Positions 35,194 to 43,844 of a stretch of DNA of 64,000 nt are shown here, piece after piece. Origin of the DNA: Thermoplasmatota archaeon. Its GTDB lineage: Archaea; Thermoplasmatota; E2; JACPAO01; JAHFTW01. The notes under the pieces are model-generated. The model searched no databases. It was not told where the DNA came from and worked only from the letters and a program-made list of their open reading frames with translations. The DNA lies in the NCBI GenBank assembly GCA_041659985.1, contig JBAZXE010000003.1, positions 1,977 to 65,976 on the forward strand. Direction: 5' to 3'. Position 1 is the stretch's first letter. Each line of letters begins with the position of its first letter. Both the position numbers and the translations under genes were made by a program.

Positions 35194-35369
35194 CTGCGAC
35201 TTGGCCGTTTCGAAGCGCAGATTCCGCCGATGCGCTCCGCGCCCCCGGATGACGCAGATTCAGGGCACCTGACGGGTGGTCTAACCGGGTGTCGTTGTTT
35301 GGAGTCGGCGGGAGCGAACCCGTTAAGTAAGAATCCCTGGCTTGCGTCGGCCAACAGGAGTCCCGTCCC

Positions 35370-35627
35370 TTGACCCGCGTCATCACCTCCAAGTGCATCG
35401 GCACCAAGGACACCAGCTGTGTCGATGTCTGCCCCGTCGACTGCATCCACCCGAAGAAGGACGATGCCAAGTTCGGCTCGGAGACCCACCTCTACATCAA
35501 CCCGGACGAGTGCATCGACTGCGGCGCTTGCGAATCCGCCTGCCCGGTCAACGCCATCTTCCCGGACGACGAGGTCCCCGAGGGCGAGAAGAAGTACATC
35601 CAGATCAACGCGGATTACTTCAAGTGA
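35370..35627 (+). CDS. fdxA: 7Fe ferredoxin ([3Fe-4S][4Fe-4S])
   Basis: TTG start. Cys spacing C8-x7-C16-x3-C20P ... C-x2-C-x2-C-x3-CP (SKCIGTKDTSCVDVCPVDC ... DECIDCGACESACP). Confidence 0.85.
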   Translation: MTRVITSKCIGTKDTSCVDVCPVDCIHPKKDDAKFGSETHLYINPDECIDCGACESACPVNAIFPDDEVPEGEKKYIQINADYFK

Positions 35628-35745
35628 GCACGAAACGGTCCTCGCTCTTCGAGCTCGGACACGTTTCGCGCTAGACCGGTCCTTCGGACCCCCCTCGGCC
35701 GGCTCGCAAAGCTCGCGGGCAAGCCCGCTCTTGGCGCGATGGGAC

Positions 35746-35759
35746 GGGCCAAATAGCCG
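35746..35759 (+). promoter_or_regulatory. Shared 14-mer GGGCCAAATAGCCG (TATA-like AAATAG) upstream of paralog P1
   Basis: Identical 14-mer recurs at 38353-38366 upstream of P3. The AAATAG centre is ~26 nt from GTG 35780, the spacing expected for a leaderless transcript. Confidence 0.45.
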
Positions 35760-35779
35760 GACCCAAATCGACGGCCGCC

Positions 35780-37072
35780 GTGATCGAGTGGTCGCACCTG
35801 GACACCTCGTTCGGCGCGCTCATCCGCTCGGGAGTGGGCATCCTCTCGGTGGTGCTTGGCTCCTTCGTGCTCGCGGCCAAGCCCCGGCTCCGGCCTAACA
35901 TGCTGCTCGGCGTGTTCCTCGTGCTAGACGGCCTGACCTACGCCATCTACGCCTTGGCCGGCGGCTTCTCCGACTTCCCGCACAAGGAGCTCGTTGTCCC
36001 CTCGCACGTGGTCACGACCGTCGTCCAGTTCACGCTTGCTGGCCTGCTCCTGGCCTATGCGGTGTCGTTGCTGCGGCGGGCTGGCGCAAGCGGGCCGACC
36101 TGGGCCTTCGCCATCACCGTCTTCCTGTTGTGGGCGACCGGCAATCCGGTCGTCTTCTTCCTCTTCGACATGCGGCCCCCCGTCGAGCTGTTCGGCAGCC
36201 CCGAGGGGCAGGTCGCGGGCATGTGGGACTACACGTCGTTCGGGTTCTACATGGGTGGCGTGGCCTTCGCCTGCGTCGCTCTGCTGGCCTCCCTGCGCCA
36301 CGACCCCGACCATCCTGCCGCGCGGGCCCGCCTTCTGCTGGCGGGGAACTGGCTGGCGGCCATGCTCACCGCCATGGTCGTCGTCGTCTTGGCCGCCGCC
36401 TCCGACCCTTCGTTTGCCGGCCCGTTCGCCCGCATCTTGGCCGTAGTGGGAGCCGCCCTGGTGCTTGGGGTGGCCCTCGGCCTGCTTCGCCTGCCGCGCG
36501 TGGGGCCGTGGAAGGGATGGTGGCCCGTCAGCGTGCTGCTGGCCGGCTTGGCGGTCGCCGTGGTCGAGATGCTGCTCGTCGCGGGCGATGCGCCCTCCGA
36601 CGGAGGGTTCGGGGGCGTGGTCGCGTTGATCGGGGTCGCCGGGGTCGCCTACGCGGTCTTCCGCCTCGACCTCCTCGGCGTGCCGGTCCCGCGTCCGCGG
36701 GCCGGGGTCTTGGCCTCCATCGCGCTGGCGACGCTGTTCATCACCGCCCAGGTCGCGCAGAACTTCCTGAGCGACGAGCTCGGCCTACTGACTGGTGGCA
36801 TCGTCGCTGGCGCCGCGGTCTTCGCGGCTTACCCGCTGCAGAAAGCGGCCGAGAAAGCAATGGAGAAGCGGGCAAGCGGTCCGGATGGCCGGCGGCCGTC
36901 GACCGGGGAGGCGGCCTACCGGACGGCCCTTGGCCTGGCCTTGCGCGACCGCCGCCTGAGCTCAGAGGAAGAGCTGGAGTTGGCGCGGTTGGCGGACCAA
37001 CTCGGCGTCGGCGCAGTCCGGGCGCTGGAGATTCGCGGCGAGGTTGCCGGGAGGCGCACGCGTGGGGCTTGA
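35780..37072 (+). CDS. Polytopic (~11 TM) membrane protein, paralog P1, with conserved C-terminal module and TerB-like tail
   Basis: 430 aa. ~9 variable TM helices, then the conserved block RLDLLGVPVPRPRAGVLASIALATLFITAQVAQNFLSDELGLLTGGIVAGAAVFAAYPLQKAAE and a helical tail (AYRTALGLALRDRRLSSEEELELARLADQLG). Confidence 0.65.
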   Translation: MIEWSHLDTSFGALIRSGVGILSVVLGSFVLAAKPRLRPNMLLGVFLVLDGLTYAIYALAGGFSDFPHKELVVPSHVVTTVVQFTLAGLLLAYAVSLLRRAGASGPTWAFAITVFLLWATGNPVVFFLFDMRPPVELFGSPEGQVAGMWDYTSFGFYMGGVAFACVALLASLRHDPDHPAARARLLLAGNWLAAMLTAMVVVVLAAASDPSFAGPFARILAVVGAALVLGVALGLLRLPRVGPWKGWWPVSVLLAGLAVAVVEMLLVAGDAPSDGGFGGVVALIGVAGVAYAVFRLDLLGVPVPRPRAGVLASIALATLFITAQVAQNFLSDELGLLTGGIVAGAAVFAAYPLQKAAEKAMEKRASGPDGRRPSTGEAAYRTALGLALRDRRLSSEEELELARLADQLGVGAVRALEIRGEVAGRRTRGA

Positions 37073-38363
37073 CCTGTCCGCCGCTGCCCTCATCGGCTGC
37101 GGCACCGGCCTCATCTTCTGCCTGTTCGGCGCGTTCTTCGTGGCGCACGCCAAGGGCAACCGGTTGAACCTCGCGCTCGGCATCGTCTACATCTCAAACG
37201 GCTTGGCGGGCATGGTGCTCTTCCCGGGCGGCATCTTGCTTCCCGAAGAGGAGTTCACGTTCGCCGTGCCCGTGTATGCCATTGCCCTGGCCTTCGACCT
37301 GGTTTCGCTTGCCGGCATGGTCGCCCTCGCAGTGCAGCAGGCCCGGCGCCTGCCTTCGCCTTCACGGCGCATCGTCGCATGGTTCGCGGCGGGCTTGGGG
37401 CTCGCGCTGGCGGCCGCCCTCGCCATCCTTGCACTGCTTGGATTTCCCTCGGAATACACCGGCACGCGATTGGTCTTGTCCTACGTTGACGGCGTCACGT
37501 TCAGGGCATTCTTGAGCGCGTGCGCCATTGTGGCCCTCGTCGGCTTGGAAAGCATCCGTCGCGGCCTCGAGTGGTCGCGAACCGGCGCGGCACTCTTGCT
37601 CGCAGTCTTCCCCATGATGCGCAATGCCTCGAGCGATTTGTCGGTCGCGGTCATTGAGTTTGCGCGACAAACCGACGACCTCGCCACTTATGCATTCCTC
37701 CTGGCGAGCCTGTTGGTCCTTGGGCCAGTTGCCTGGTCCTTGGGGGCCATGGCGGCCCCCAACGGCAAGCACGCGCGAAACTTCCTGCTGCTCGTGGCCG
37801 CCAACATGATCCTGACGGCGTTTCTGCACGCAGCCGTCGGCCCCACACAAAGCGTTCTGCGTGTGGCCGGCATTGTGGCCGTCGCCTCGATGGCCGCGCC
37901 GGCCTACGCGGTGGTGCGCCTTGACCTCCTGCAGACTCGCCTGCCGCGACCCACCATCCGGGCGGGCACACTCGCCTCCATCGGGCTCGGAGCCCTCTTC
38001 ATCACCGCTCAGGTCGCGCAGAACTTCCTCAGCGACGAGCTCGGCCTCTTGACTGGAGGCATCGTGGCTGGCGCCGCGGTGTTCGCGGCCTATCCCTTGC
38101 AGAAGGCGGCCGAGCGGGCGATGGAGGGCCGCGGGCGGGGCGACCCGGCCAAGGCCGAATCGGCGGACAAGTATCGCCGCCTCGTCGAGACCGCCTGGCG
38201 TGATGGGCGCCTCGGGGCCAACGAGCGCCTGCTCTTGGCCGAGGCCCGGCGCCAACTGGGGCTCGATGCCGAGACCGCTTCAAGCATTGACGAAGGGGTC
38301 GCGCGAAAACATGCGGCACGCCCCCAACCACGACGGGGCCGTTCGGTCGGCGGGGCCAAATAG
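37062..38363 (+). CDS. Polytopic membrane protein, paralog P2
   Basis: GTG 37062 (track ORF starts at 37044) overlaps the P1 end by 11 nt. Same plan as P1, with 39 consecutive residues identical to P1. Confidence 0.65.
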   Translation: MGLDLSAAALIGCGTGLIFCLFGAFFVAHAKGNRLNLALGIVYISNGLAGMVLFPGGILLPEEEFTFAVPVYAIALAFDLVSLAGMVALAVQQARRLPSPSRRIVAWFAAGLGLALAAALAILALLGFPSEYTGTRLVLSYVDGVTFRAFLSACAIVALVGLESIRRGLEWSRTGAALLLAVFPMMRNASSDLSVAVIEFARQTDDLATYAFLLASLLVLGPVAWSLGAMAAPNGKHARNFLLLVAANMILTAFLHAAVGPTQSVLRVAGIVAVASMAAPAYAVVRLDLLQTRLPRPTIRAGTLASIGLGALFITAQVAQNFLSDELGLLTGGIVAGAAVFAAYPLQKAAERAMEGRGRGDPAKAESADKYRRLVETAWRDGRLGANERLLLAEARRQLGLDAETASSIDEGVARKHAARPQPRRGRSVGGAK

Positions 38364-38366
38364 CCG
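38353..38366 (+). promoter_or_regulatory. Second copy of 14-mer GGGCCAAATAGCCG, upstream of paralog P3
   Basis: Embeds the P2 stop codon (TAG 38361-38363). Followed by AATCGAAC, compared with AATCGAC after the first copy. ~55 nt upstream of ATG 38414. Confidence 0.4.
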
Positions 38367-38413
38367 CTGCGGAATCGAACAAGCCGTGGCGGCGGCCTGT
38401 GGGGGATTGAGCG

Positions 38414-39757
38414 ATGGACATTGAGTACGCCGCCATCGTCCGGGCCAGCGTCGGCGTCCTGTACGCCCTTCTAGGATTGTTCTTGATCGTTCGGGCGCCG
38501 CGGTCCAAGACGATGGCCGTTTGGGGCGCCGTCTACTTCATCACGGGCAGCATGCGCATTCACGGGAATCTCCTCGTAATCCTGTCCGATAAAACTCTCT
38601 TGTCCACTCTGGACATCCTCATCAGCGTCCTGTTTGACCTCGTCCTCTTGGCACTGCTTGTGGCTCTATTGGTCTTCGCCGCACGACCGCTTCCTCGCAC
38701 GTCGGTCCGCGCCGTCCGCGCCGTCTTTCTGAGCGGATTCGCCATCGCCCTGGCGTACGTCATCTTCGATTCCGGCCCATTCCGCGAGATTCCGGTACGC
38801 CAGATGGCGTTGATCGCCAATAAGGCCGTGGACACTTCGGTGGTCTTCGCAGCAGGGGCGCTCTGGATTGCAATCCTGGAAGGCTTGAGGCGACAGTCGA
38901 TGCCGAAGGCAAAATCCTGGCTTCTGGCTGCGTTTCCCATCGTGGGAACCATCGTCGGAGGGAACGTGGCCAGCCAGATGGACTGGCTGTTCCCCGAGTT
39001 CGTTGTGTTCATCACGGACCTGCCGCCCATCGCGGCGCTTGACGCGTTGACCGCAGTCGTTGCCCTCGTTCCATTGGCCTGGTGCTATGCATTGTTGGGA
39101 GGCCCGAATGGCCGGTTCGTCTGCAACCTGTTGCTGGGCATCTTCGTGTGGATTGCCTTTTCTCTGGCCTACGTGAGGACTGCACCGGAATTCGACGGGT
39201 TCTTCGGGACGGCGCCAGGAATCCTGCGGGTCATTGCCTTGGCTACCATTGGGTACGCCATCGTGGCACGTGATTTCTTGCCGACGGCCCTACGTCTTCC
39301 GACTGCCCGACGCGGGACGCTGGCGGGAGTCGCCCTGGCAAGCCTGATTATCACGGCACAAATCGCGCAGAATTTCCTCGGGGCAAAGTATGGCATCTAC
39401 GTGGGTGGCCTCGTTGCCGGCGGCGTCCTAGTGGCCGCATTCCCGCTGCAACGACGACTCGAGCGCGTCGCGGGAAGTCGCAATCGGAACGAAGCCGATT
39501 CGGAACGTTCGTTCGTCCAGGCCGCCCGAATCGCCCTGCGCGACCGGGTTCTGACCACGCAGGAGGGACTCGACCTACTGGACTTGGCGTTCCAACTGGG
39601 CATACCCCCGCGCCGGGCTACGGCACTAATCGACCAGGAACGCTCCTCCCAGCAAGGCGGTCGCCGCCAGTTGGGGCTCGACGCTGAGACGACTGTTGTC
39701 ATCGACGAAGGGGAAGCGGGGCGCCACGTTTCGTCTTCCAGGAAAAAGCCCGCATGA
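38414..39757 (+). CDS. Polytopic membrane protein, paralog P3 (more divergent, lower GC)
   Basis: 447 aa. Conserved block LIITAQIAQNFLGAKYGIYVGGLVAGGVLVAAFPLQRRLE. The tail carries two LG...ID half-repeats, the second (RRQLGLDAETTVVIDEG) matching the P2 end (RRQLGLDAETASSIDEG). Confidence 0.65.
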   Translation: MDIEYAAIVRASVGVLYALLGLFLIVRAPRSKTMAVWGAVYFITGSMRIHGNLLVILSDKTLLSTLDILISVLFDLVLLALLVALLVFAARPLPRTSVRAVRAVFLSGFAIALAYVIFDSGPFREIPVRQMALIANKAVDTSVVFAAGALWIAILEGLRRQSMPKAKSWLLAAFPIVGTIVGGNVASQMDWLFPEFVVFITDLPPIAALDALTAVVALVPLAWCYALLGGPNGRFVCNLLLGIFVWIAFSLAYVRTAPEFDGFFGTAPGILRVIALATIGYAIVARDFLPTALRLPTARRGTLAGVALASLIITAQIAQNFLGAKYGIYVGGLVAGGVLVAAFPLQRRLERVAGSRNRNEADSERSFVQAARIALRDRVLTTQEGLDLLDLAFQLGIPPRRATALIDQERSSQQGGRRQLGLDAETTVVIDEGEAGRHVSSSRKKPA

Positions 39758-40140
39758 CCTCCAACCGGTTCCCGCTCACCCTTCTGCCGGGCAATATCGC
39801 CGTCTGTCGTCTCGCGCCCGATTCGGAAGTGCCCGACTGGTCGAGCGAGGGGCCGTTCTCGTGCGTGATGCGGACGCCCGACGAACTCTCGATCGTCTGC
39901 GCCGAGGCCGCCGTCCCCGCAGGGATCCAGGCTGAACGTGGGTTCCGCGCGCTCAAGCTCGAAGGCCCGGTTCCGTTCACGACGATCGGCGTCGTGAGCG
40001 GCATGACCAAGCCGCTGGCCGAGGCCGGCATCAGCGTGTTCATCCTCTCCACCTACGACACGGATTACCTCCTGGTCAAGGCGACCGCCCTCGACCGGGC
40101 GGCGAAGGTTCTGGGGCGCGCGGGATTCTCAGTCGCCTGA
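39754..40140 (+). CDS. ACT-domain (ACT_7/CASTOR-like) small-molecule-binding protein
   Basis: 128 aa. Start overlaps the P3 stop (ATGA). The pattern IAVCRL......P.W......F......DELSIVC ... GISVFILSTYDTDYLLVK is typical of ACT_7 proteins. Confidence 0.6.
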   Translation: MTSNRFPLTLLPGNIAVCRLAPDSEVPDWSSEGPFSCVMRTPDELSIVCAEAAVPAGIQAERGFRALKLEGPVPFTTIGVVSGMTKPLAEAGISVFILSTYDTDYLLVKATALDRAAKVLGRAGFSVA

Positions 40141-40204
40141 CCGCCCGCCGCCACTCCGATAGCGAACCAAACCCCTTTGACCCCCCGTCGGCGTCGCCGT
40201 CGCA

Positions 40205-41734
40205 ATGGGCGGGCCGATCAAGTTCAAGCAGAACCTCCGGTTGTTCGAGGCCATCACCATCATCGTCGGCTCGATGATTGGATCCGGCATCTTGCTTCTG
40301 CCCGCCGACATGGCTGAGCTCATGCCAAGCCCCGGCCTCATTCTGCTCGTGTTCGGGGCCGGCGCGGTGCTGACCATCGTCGGAGCCCTGACCTTCGCCG
40401 AGCTGTCGGCCATGTTCCCCCGCGCCGGCGGCCAGTACCATTTCCTCAAGGAGGGCCTGGGCCGCTTCTACGGCTACCTCTTCGGCTGGACGCAGTTCTG
40501 GGTCATCCAGACCGGCATCGTGGCCGGCGTCGCCGTCGCCGTGACGCGCTTCACCAAGTTCTTCGTCGAACGCAACGGCGGCCACCTCGGCGGCCATTCC
40601 GTCCGCTTGACCGAGCTGGTGGACGTCGGCCCCTGCGTGCAGGAAAGCCTCGCCGGCGAGTGCACGAAGCGGCTCATCCACCTCGACCCGTTCACCATCC
40701 CCGCCTGGGGCGACGCCTTCGTCGCCATCGCGGCAATCCTCCTCCTGATGGGGCTCAACATGCTGAGCACCCGCTTCGGCGGCATCGTTCAGAACATCAG
40801 CACCGTCGCCAAGGTCCTTGGCCTGGTGAGCCTGGTTGCCATCATCTTCATCGGCGGCTCCCTCGTCGACGGCGGCTACGAGGCCACGGGCGGCGGTTTG
40901 GCGCCGGAGGGCATGGGCGCCGGAGCCCTTGTCGTCGCCTTCGGCGGCGCCCTCGCGCTCAGCCTCTTCGCCTACGACGGTTGGCCGCAGGCCACCTACG
41001 TCGCCGGTGAGGTGCGCAACGCCAAGCGCAACCTTCCCCTGGCGCTCATTATCGGCCCGCTCATCACCGCGGTCGTCTACATCGCCCTCACGGCGGCGTA
41101 CTTCTACGTCATTCCGATTGATGAGGCGGTCCGGCTCGGCATCAACGACGAGCGCATCGCGCCCGTCGCAGCGGGCAAGGTCTGGGACTACGGCCCGGTC
41201 TACATCAGCGCCGTCGCCCTCGTCTCGGTCTTCGGCACGGTCAACGGCTTCTTGCTTACCGCACCGCGCATCTTCTACGCCTTGAGCCACGACGGCGCCT
41301 TGCTGCCCAGCATGGGCAAGATCAGCAGTCGCGGCACTCCGGCGTGGGCCATCTACTTCACCGCTTTGTGGGCCAGCCTCCTCGTGTTGTCGGGCGGGTA
41401 CCAGCAACTGGTGACCATGGTCGTCTTCGGGATCTTCCTGTTCTACATCCCGACGGCGATTGCCCACATGCGCATGCGCAAGACGCACGCCCACGTCGAA
41501 CGGCCGTTCAAGACCCCGCTCTACCCACTGGTCCCCATCCTGTTCATGCTGGCCAGCGTGTTCATCGTCGGCATCATCCTCGTGGGTTCGCTGCTGCAGG
41601 GACTCATCGCCTTGGTCCTCATCGCCGCCGGCATCCCGGTCTATTTCGCGCAGCGACCGCGCATGATCCGCGTCGAGGCCGAACGCCAGGCCGAGGCCAC
41701 GCCACCGGCCGAACCGGACCCGGCCGTCACATAG
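40205..41734 (+). CDS. APC-superfamily amino acid permease
   Basis: 509 aa, ~12 TM. The N-terminal block LFEAITIIVGSMIGSGILLLP...GAL.FAELSAMFPRAGGQY is typical of APC transporters. Confidence 0.85.
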   Translation: MGGPIKFKQNLRLFEAITIIVGSMIGSGILLLPADMAELMPSPGLILLVFGAGAVLTIVGALTFAELSAMFPRAGGQYHFLKEGLGRFYGYLFGWTQFWVIQTGIVAGVAVAVTRFTKFFVERNGGHLGGHSVRLTELVDVGPCVQESLAGECTKRLIHLDPFTIPAWGDAFVAIAAILLLMGLNMLSTRFGGIVQNISTVAKVLGLVSLVAIIFIGGSLVDGGYEATGGGLAPEGMGAGALVVAFGGALALSLFAYDGWPQATYVAGEVRNAKRNLPLALIIGPLITAVVYIALTAAYFYVIPIDEAVRLGINDERIAPVAAGKVWDYGPVYISAVALVSVFGTVNGFLLTAPRIFYALSHDGALLPSMGKISSRGTPAWAIYFTALWASLLVLSGGYQQLVTMVVFGIFLFYIPTAIAHMRMRKTHAHVERPFKTPLYPLVPILFMLASVFIVGIILVGSLLQGLIALVLIAAGIPVYFAQRPRMIRVEAERQAEATPPAEPDPAVT

Positions 41735-41745
41735 TCACGCAATGA

Positions 41746-42177
41746 CTACCGCGTCGCTTTCTTGCCAGGTTTGGCCCGCTTCCTGGTGGAGCGCGCCAAG
41801 ACGCAGATGCGCTCGACGGCGGCCGTGAAGTCGTCGTAGTGGAACGGCTTCTGGATGTAGTCCAGCACACCCAGTCCCTCGCAGGTGGCGACGGCGGCTT
41901 CCTCGCGAGCGGTGCTGAAGACGACGACTGGCAGGCCCCGGGTCGGTTCGTCCTCGCGCAGACGGCGCAGGGTCTCGAGGCCGTCCAACACAGGCATGTT
42001 GAGGTCGAGGACGACGAGGTCCGGGCGCGTGACCTGGAGGGCGGCCAGCGCCGCTTCACCGTCGCCGACGAACTCGATGGCGGGCGGTGCGGCAATCTGG
42101 CTCAGCGCGTGATGGATGAGCACTTGGTCATCCACGCCGTCCTCGGCCCACAGGATGCTGGCCACTCGGGTCGGCAC
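41746..42177 (-). CDS. Stand-alone response-regulator receiver domain protein
   Basis: ILWAEDGVDD, LVVLDLNMPVLDG and YIQKP blocks. Start uncertain (GTG 42177 or 42165; the track ORF extends to 42282). Confidence 0.75.
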   Translation of the reverse strand: MPTRVASILWAEDGVDDQVLIHHALSQIAAPPAIEFVGDGEAALAALQVTRPDLVVLDLNMPVLDGLETLRRLREDEPTRGLPVVVFSTAREEAAVATCEGLGVLDYIQKPFHYDDFTAAVERICVLARSTRKRAKPGKKATR

Positions 42178-42317
42178 TACCCCTTCGACGCCGAAGCCTC
42201 TTGATGAAGCTTTCTTGTGGGCACGGCCTTGCCCAGCAGGACCGGGGGAGAGTTGGCTGGTGGGCACGATGTTGCCCCACAACGGTTGTCATGCTCGGGA
42301 GCCGAAGAGGGCCCTGG

Positions 42318-42485
42318 ATGGACGTCAATCCGCGCGAATGCATGTTCTGCCACGGCGACCTGCCCGTTCGCCCGGACGAACCCGTCAACCTGGCGTTTAT
42401 GGCCCACATCGAGACCCGTGCGCCATGCCGGTCGGAGTTCGACGTGTGGACCAACCACATGCAGAAGGACTTCACGGGATACTAA
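42318..42485 (+). CDS. Small Cys/His-containing protein (55 aa), possible zinc-binding
   Basis: ATG 42318 inside track ORF 42201..42485. MDVNPRECMFCHG...HIETRAPC. Its end overlaps the convergent Nob1 stop by 4 nt. Confidence 0.4.
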   Translation: MDVNPRECMFCHGDLPVRPDEPVNLAFMAHIETRAPCRSEFDVWTNHMQKDFTGY

Positions 42486-42997
42486 TCGCCGCGAGTCGGA
42501 CGGGTGCCGCCTTTCCACGGCCGTGGTTTGACGGGCGAGCCGCACACCGGGCAGTCCTCTGTCTTGGGCATGGCCTCAAACCAGCGCCCACATCCGGTGC
42601 AGCGCGGCCGGAAGTCAAGGCTTGCCCGGATTCCGTGCTGATTCACTGTTTGTGTTCGGACGCCCAACCGCGCTGCAAGGTCGAGCAGGGTGTAGTCATC
42701 CGTGACCAACGTGGCCTGCGCGCCCAACTCCAACGTCAAGGCCAAGAGGGACCGGTCTGCGGCGCTGAGCCGGGCCAGATTGCCGGCTGTCACTCCTGCC
42801 GCCTCCACTCGTGACCGGGCCTCGGGTCCGGGGTCGCGCACCTCCAGGCCGATGGACTGCCAATCCTCAAAGCGCCGGGCATCCCGCCCGCCGGGCGACA
42901 CCTCGGCCGCCGCCTCGGACGTGGTCGCCCAGCGCGGGCCGCGCGGCGGATCCTTGCCGCCGAGCAGCAACGACGTGTCGAGGACGAGCCACTGCAC
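42482..42997 (-). CDS. nob1: Nob1-like endonuclease (PIN domain + C-terminal zinc ribbon)
   Basis: GTG 42997 inside track ORF 42482..43171. WLVLDTSLLLGG and TLVTDDYTLLDLAARLG are PIN blocks; CTGCGRWF....CPVCGS is a zinc ribbon. Confidence 0.65.
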   Translation of the reverse strand: MQWLVLDTSLLLGGKDPPRGPRWATTSEAAAEVSPGGRDARRFEDWQSIGLEVRDPGPEARSRVEAAGVTAGNLARLSAADRSLLALTLELGAQATLVTDDYTLLDLAARLGVRTQTVNQHGIRASLDFRPRCTGCGRWFEAMPKTEDCPVCGSPVKPRPWKGGTRPTRGD

Positions 42998-43078
42998 GTC
43001 CGGGCAAGGGGCCGTCGCGCGCTTCAGGATGTCGCAGCGCTGCGGCAGGGCCAAGAGCGCCGGGCCGGTCCGGGGGCC

Positions 43079-43792
43079 GTGGACGGGACGGCCCTCGGCA
43101 TTCTCCTTGGTTTGGCGTTCCTGCCGCCCCTGCTGTTCATGCTTTGGGTGCGGAACCACGAGAAGACCCAACCTGAGCCATTGGGCGCGGTGTTCGGTTT
43201 GTTCGTCTACGGCGGGTCCCTGGGGGTGGGCATCGCCCTTGCCTTGTCTTTGCTGCTCGACTACGGCATCGGCGTCGAGTTGGGCGGACTGGCCCTCGTC
43301 GGCGTGGTCGTCGTCGCGCCGCTTGTGGAGGAGTTTGCCAAAGGACTCGGGCTCGGCCTGGTACGGACCCGGGTGCGCGAACTTGAGGACGGCATCGTGT
43401 ACGGCGCCGCCATCGGCCTAGGCTTCGGCGCAACGGAGAACCTGCTCTACGGGTTCCAAGCCCTGGGTGACGGTGGCATCGAGCATGCGGCGGTCACCAT
43501 CGCGTTCCGCGTCGTCTCGAGCGTGCTGTTGCATGCCGGGTCGTCGGCGCTCCTGGGTTACGGCTACGGCCTCATGCGTTTGCGGCGCAAAGGGCTGGCG
43601 ATGCTGCTGCCCTACTATTTGCTCGCGGTCCTTCAGCACGCGCTATACAACTTCCTCGTCGGTCCGCAGTACCTCTGGGGCTTCGCGGCCGCCGTCGTCA
43701 TGGTTCTCGTCGTCACCGGCTCCCTGCGCCGGCAGATTCGCCGCTTGGACGCCCGTCCGGCCGATGCCTGGGAACCCGTGAATCGGCAGTAG
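43079..43792 (+). CDS. PrsW-family intramembrane metalloprotease
   Basis: 237 aa, polytopic, with EEFAKG, ATENLLYG and HALYN motifs. Confidence 0.75.
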   Translation: MDGTALGILLGLAFLPPLLFMLWVRNHEKTQPEPLGAVFGLFVYGGSLGVGIALALSLLLDYGIGVELGGLALVGVVVVAPLVEEFAKGLGLGLVRTRVRELEDGIVYGAAIGLGFGATENLLYGFQALGDGGIEHAAVTIAFRVVSSVLLHAGSSALLGYGYGLMRLRRKGLAMLLPYYLLAVLQHALYNFLVGPQYLWGFAAAVVMVLVVTGSLRRQIRRLDARPADAWEPVNRQ

Positions 43793-43844
43793 CCAGCGTT
43801 CAGTGCTATGGTCCTATAACGCGCTGACATGTACCGACTGGTAG

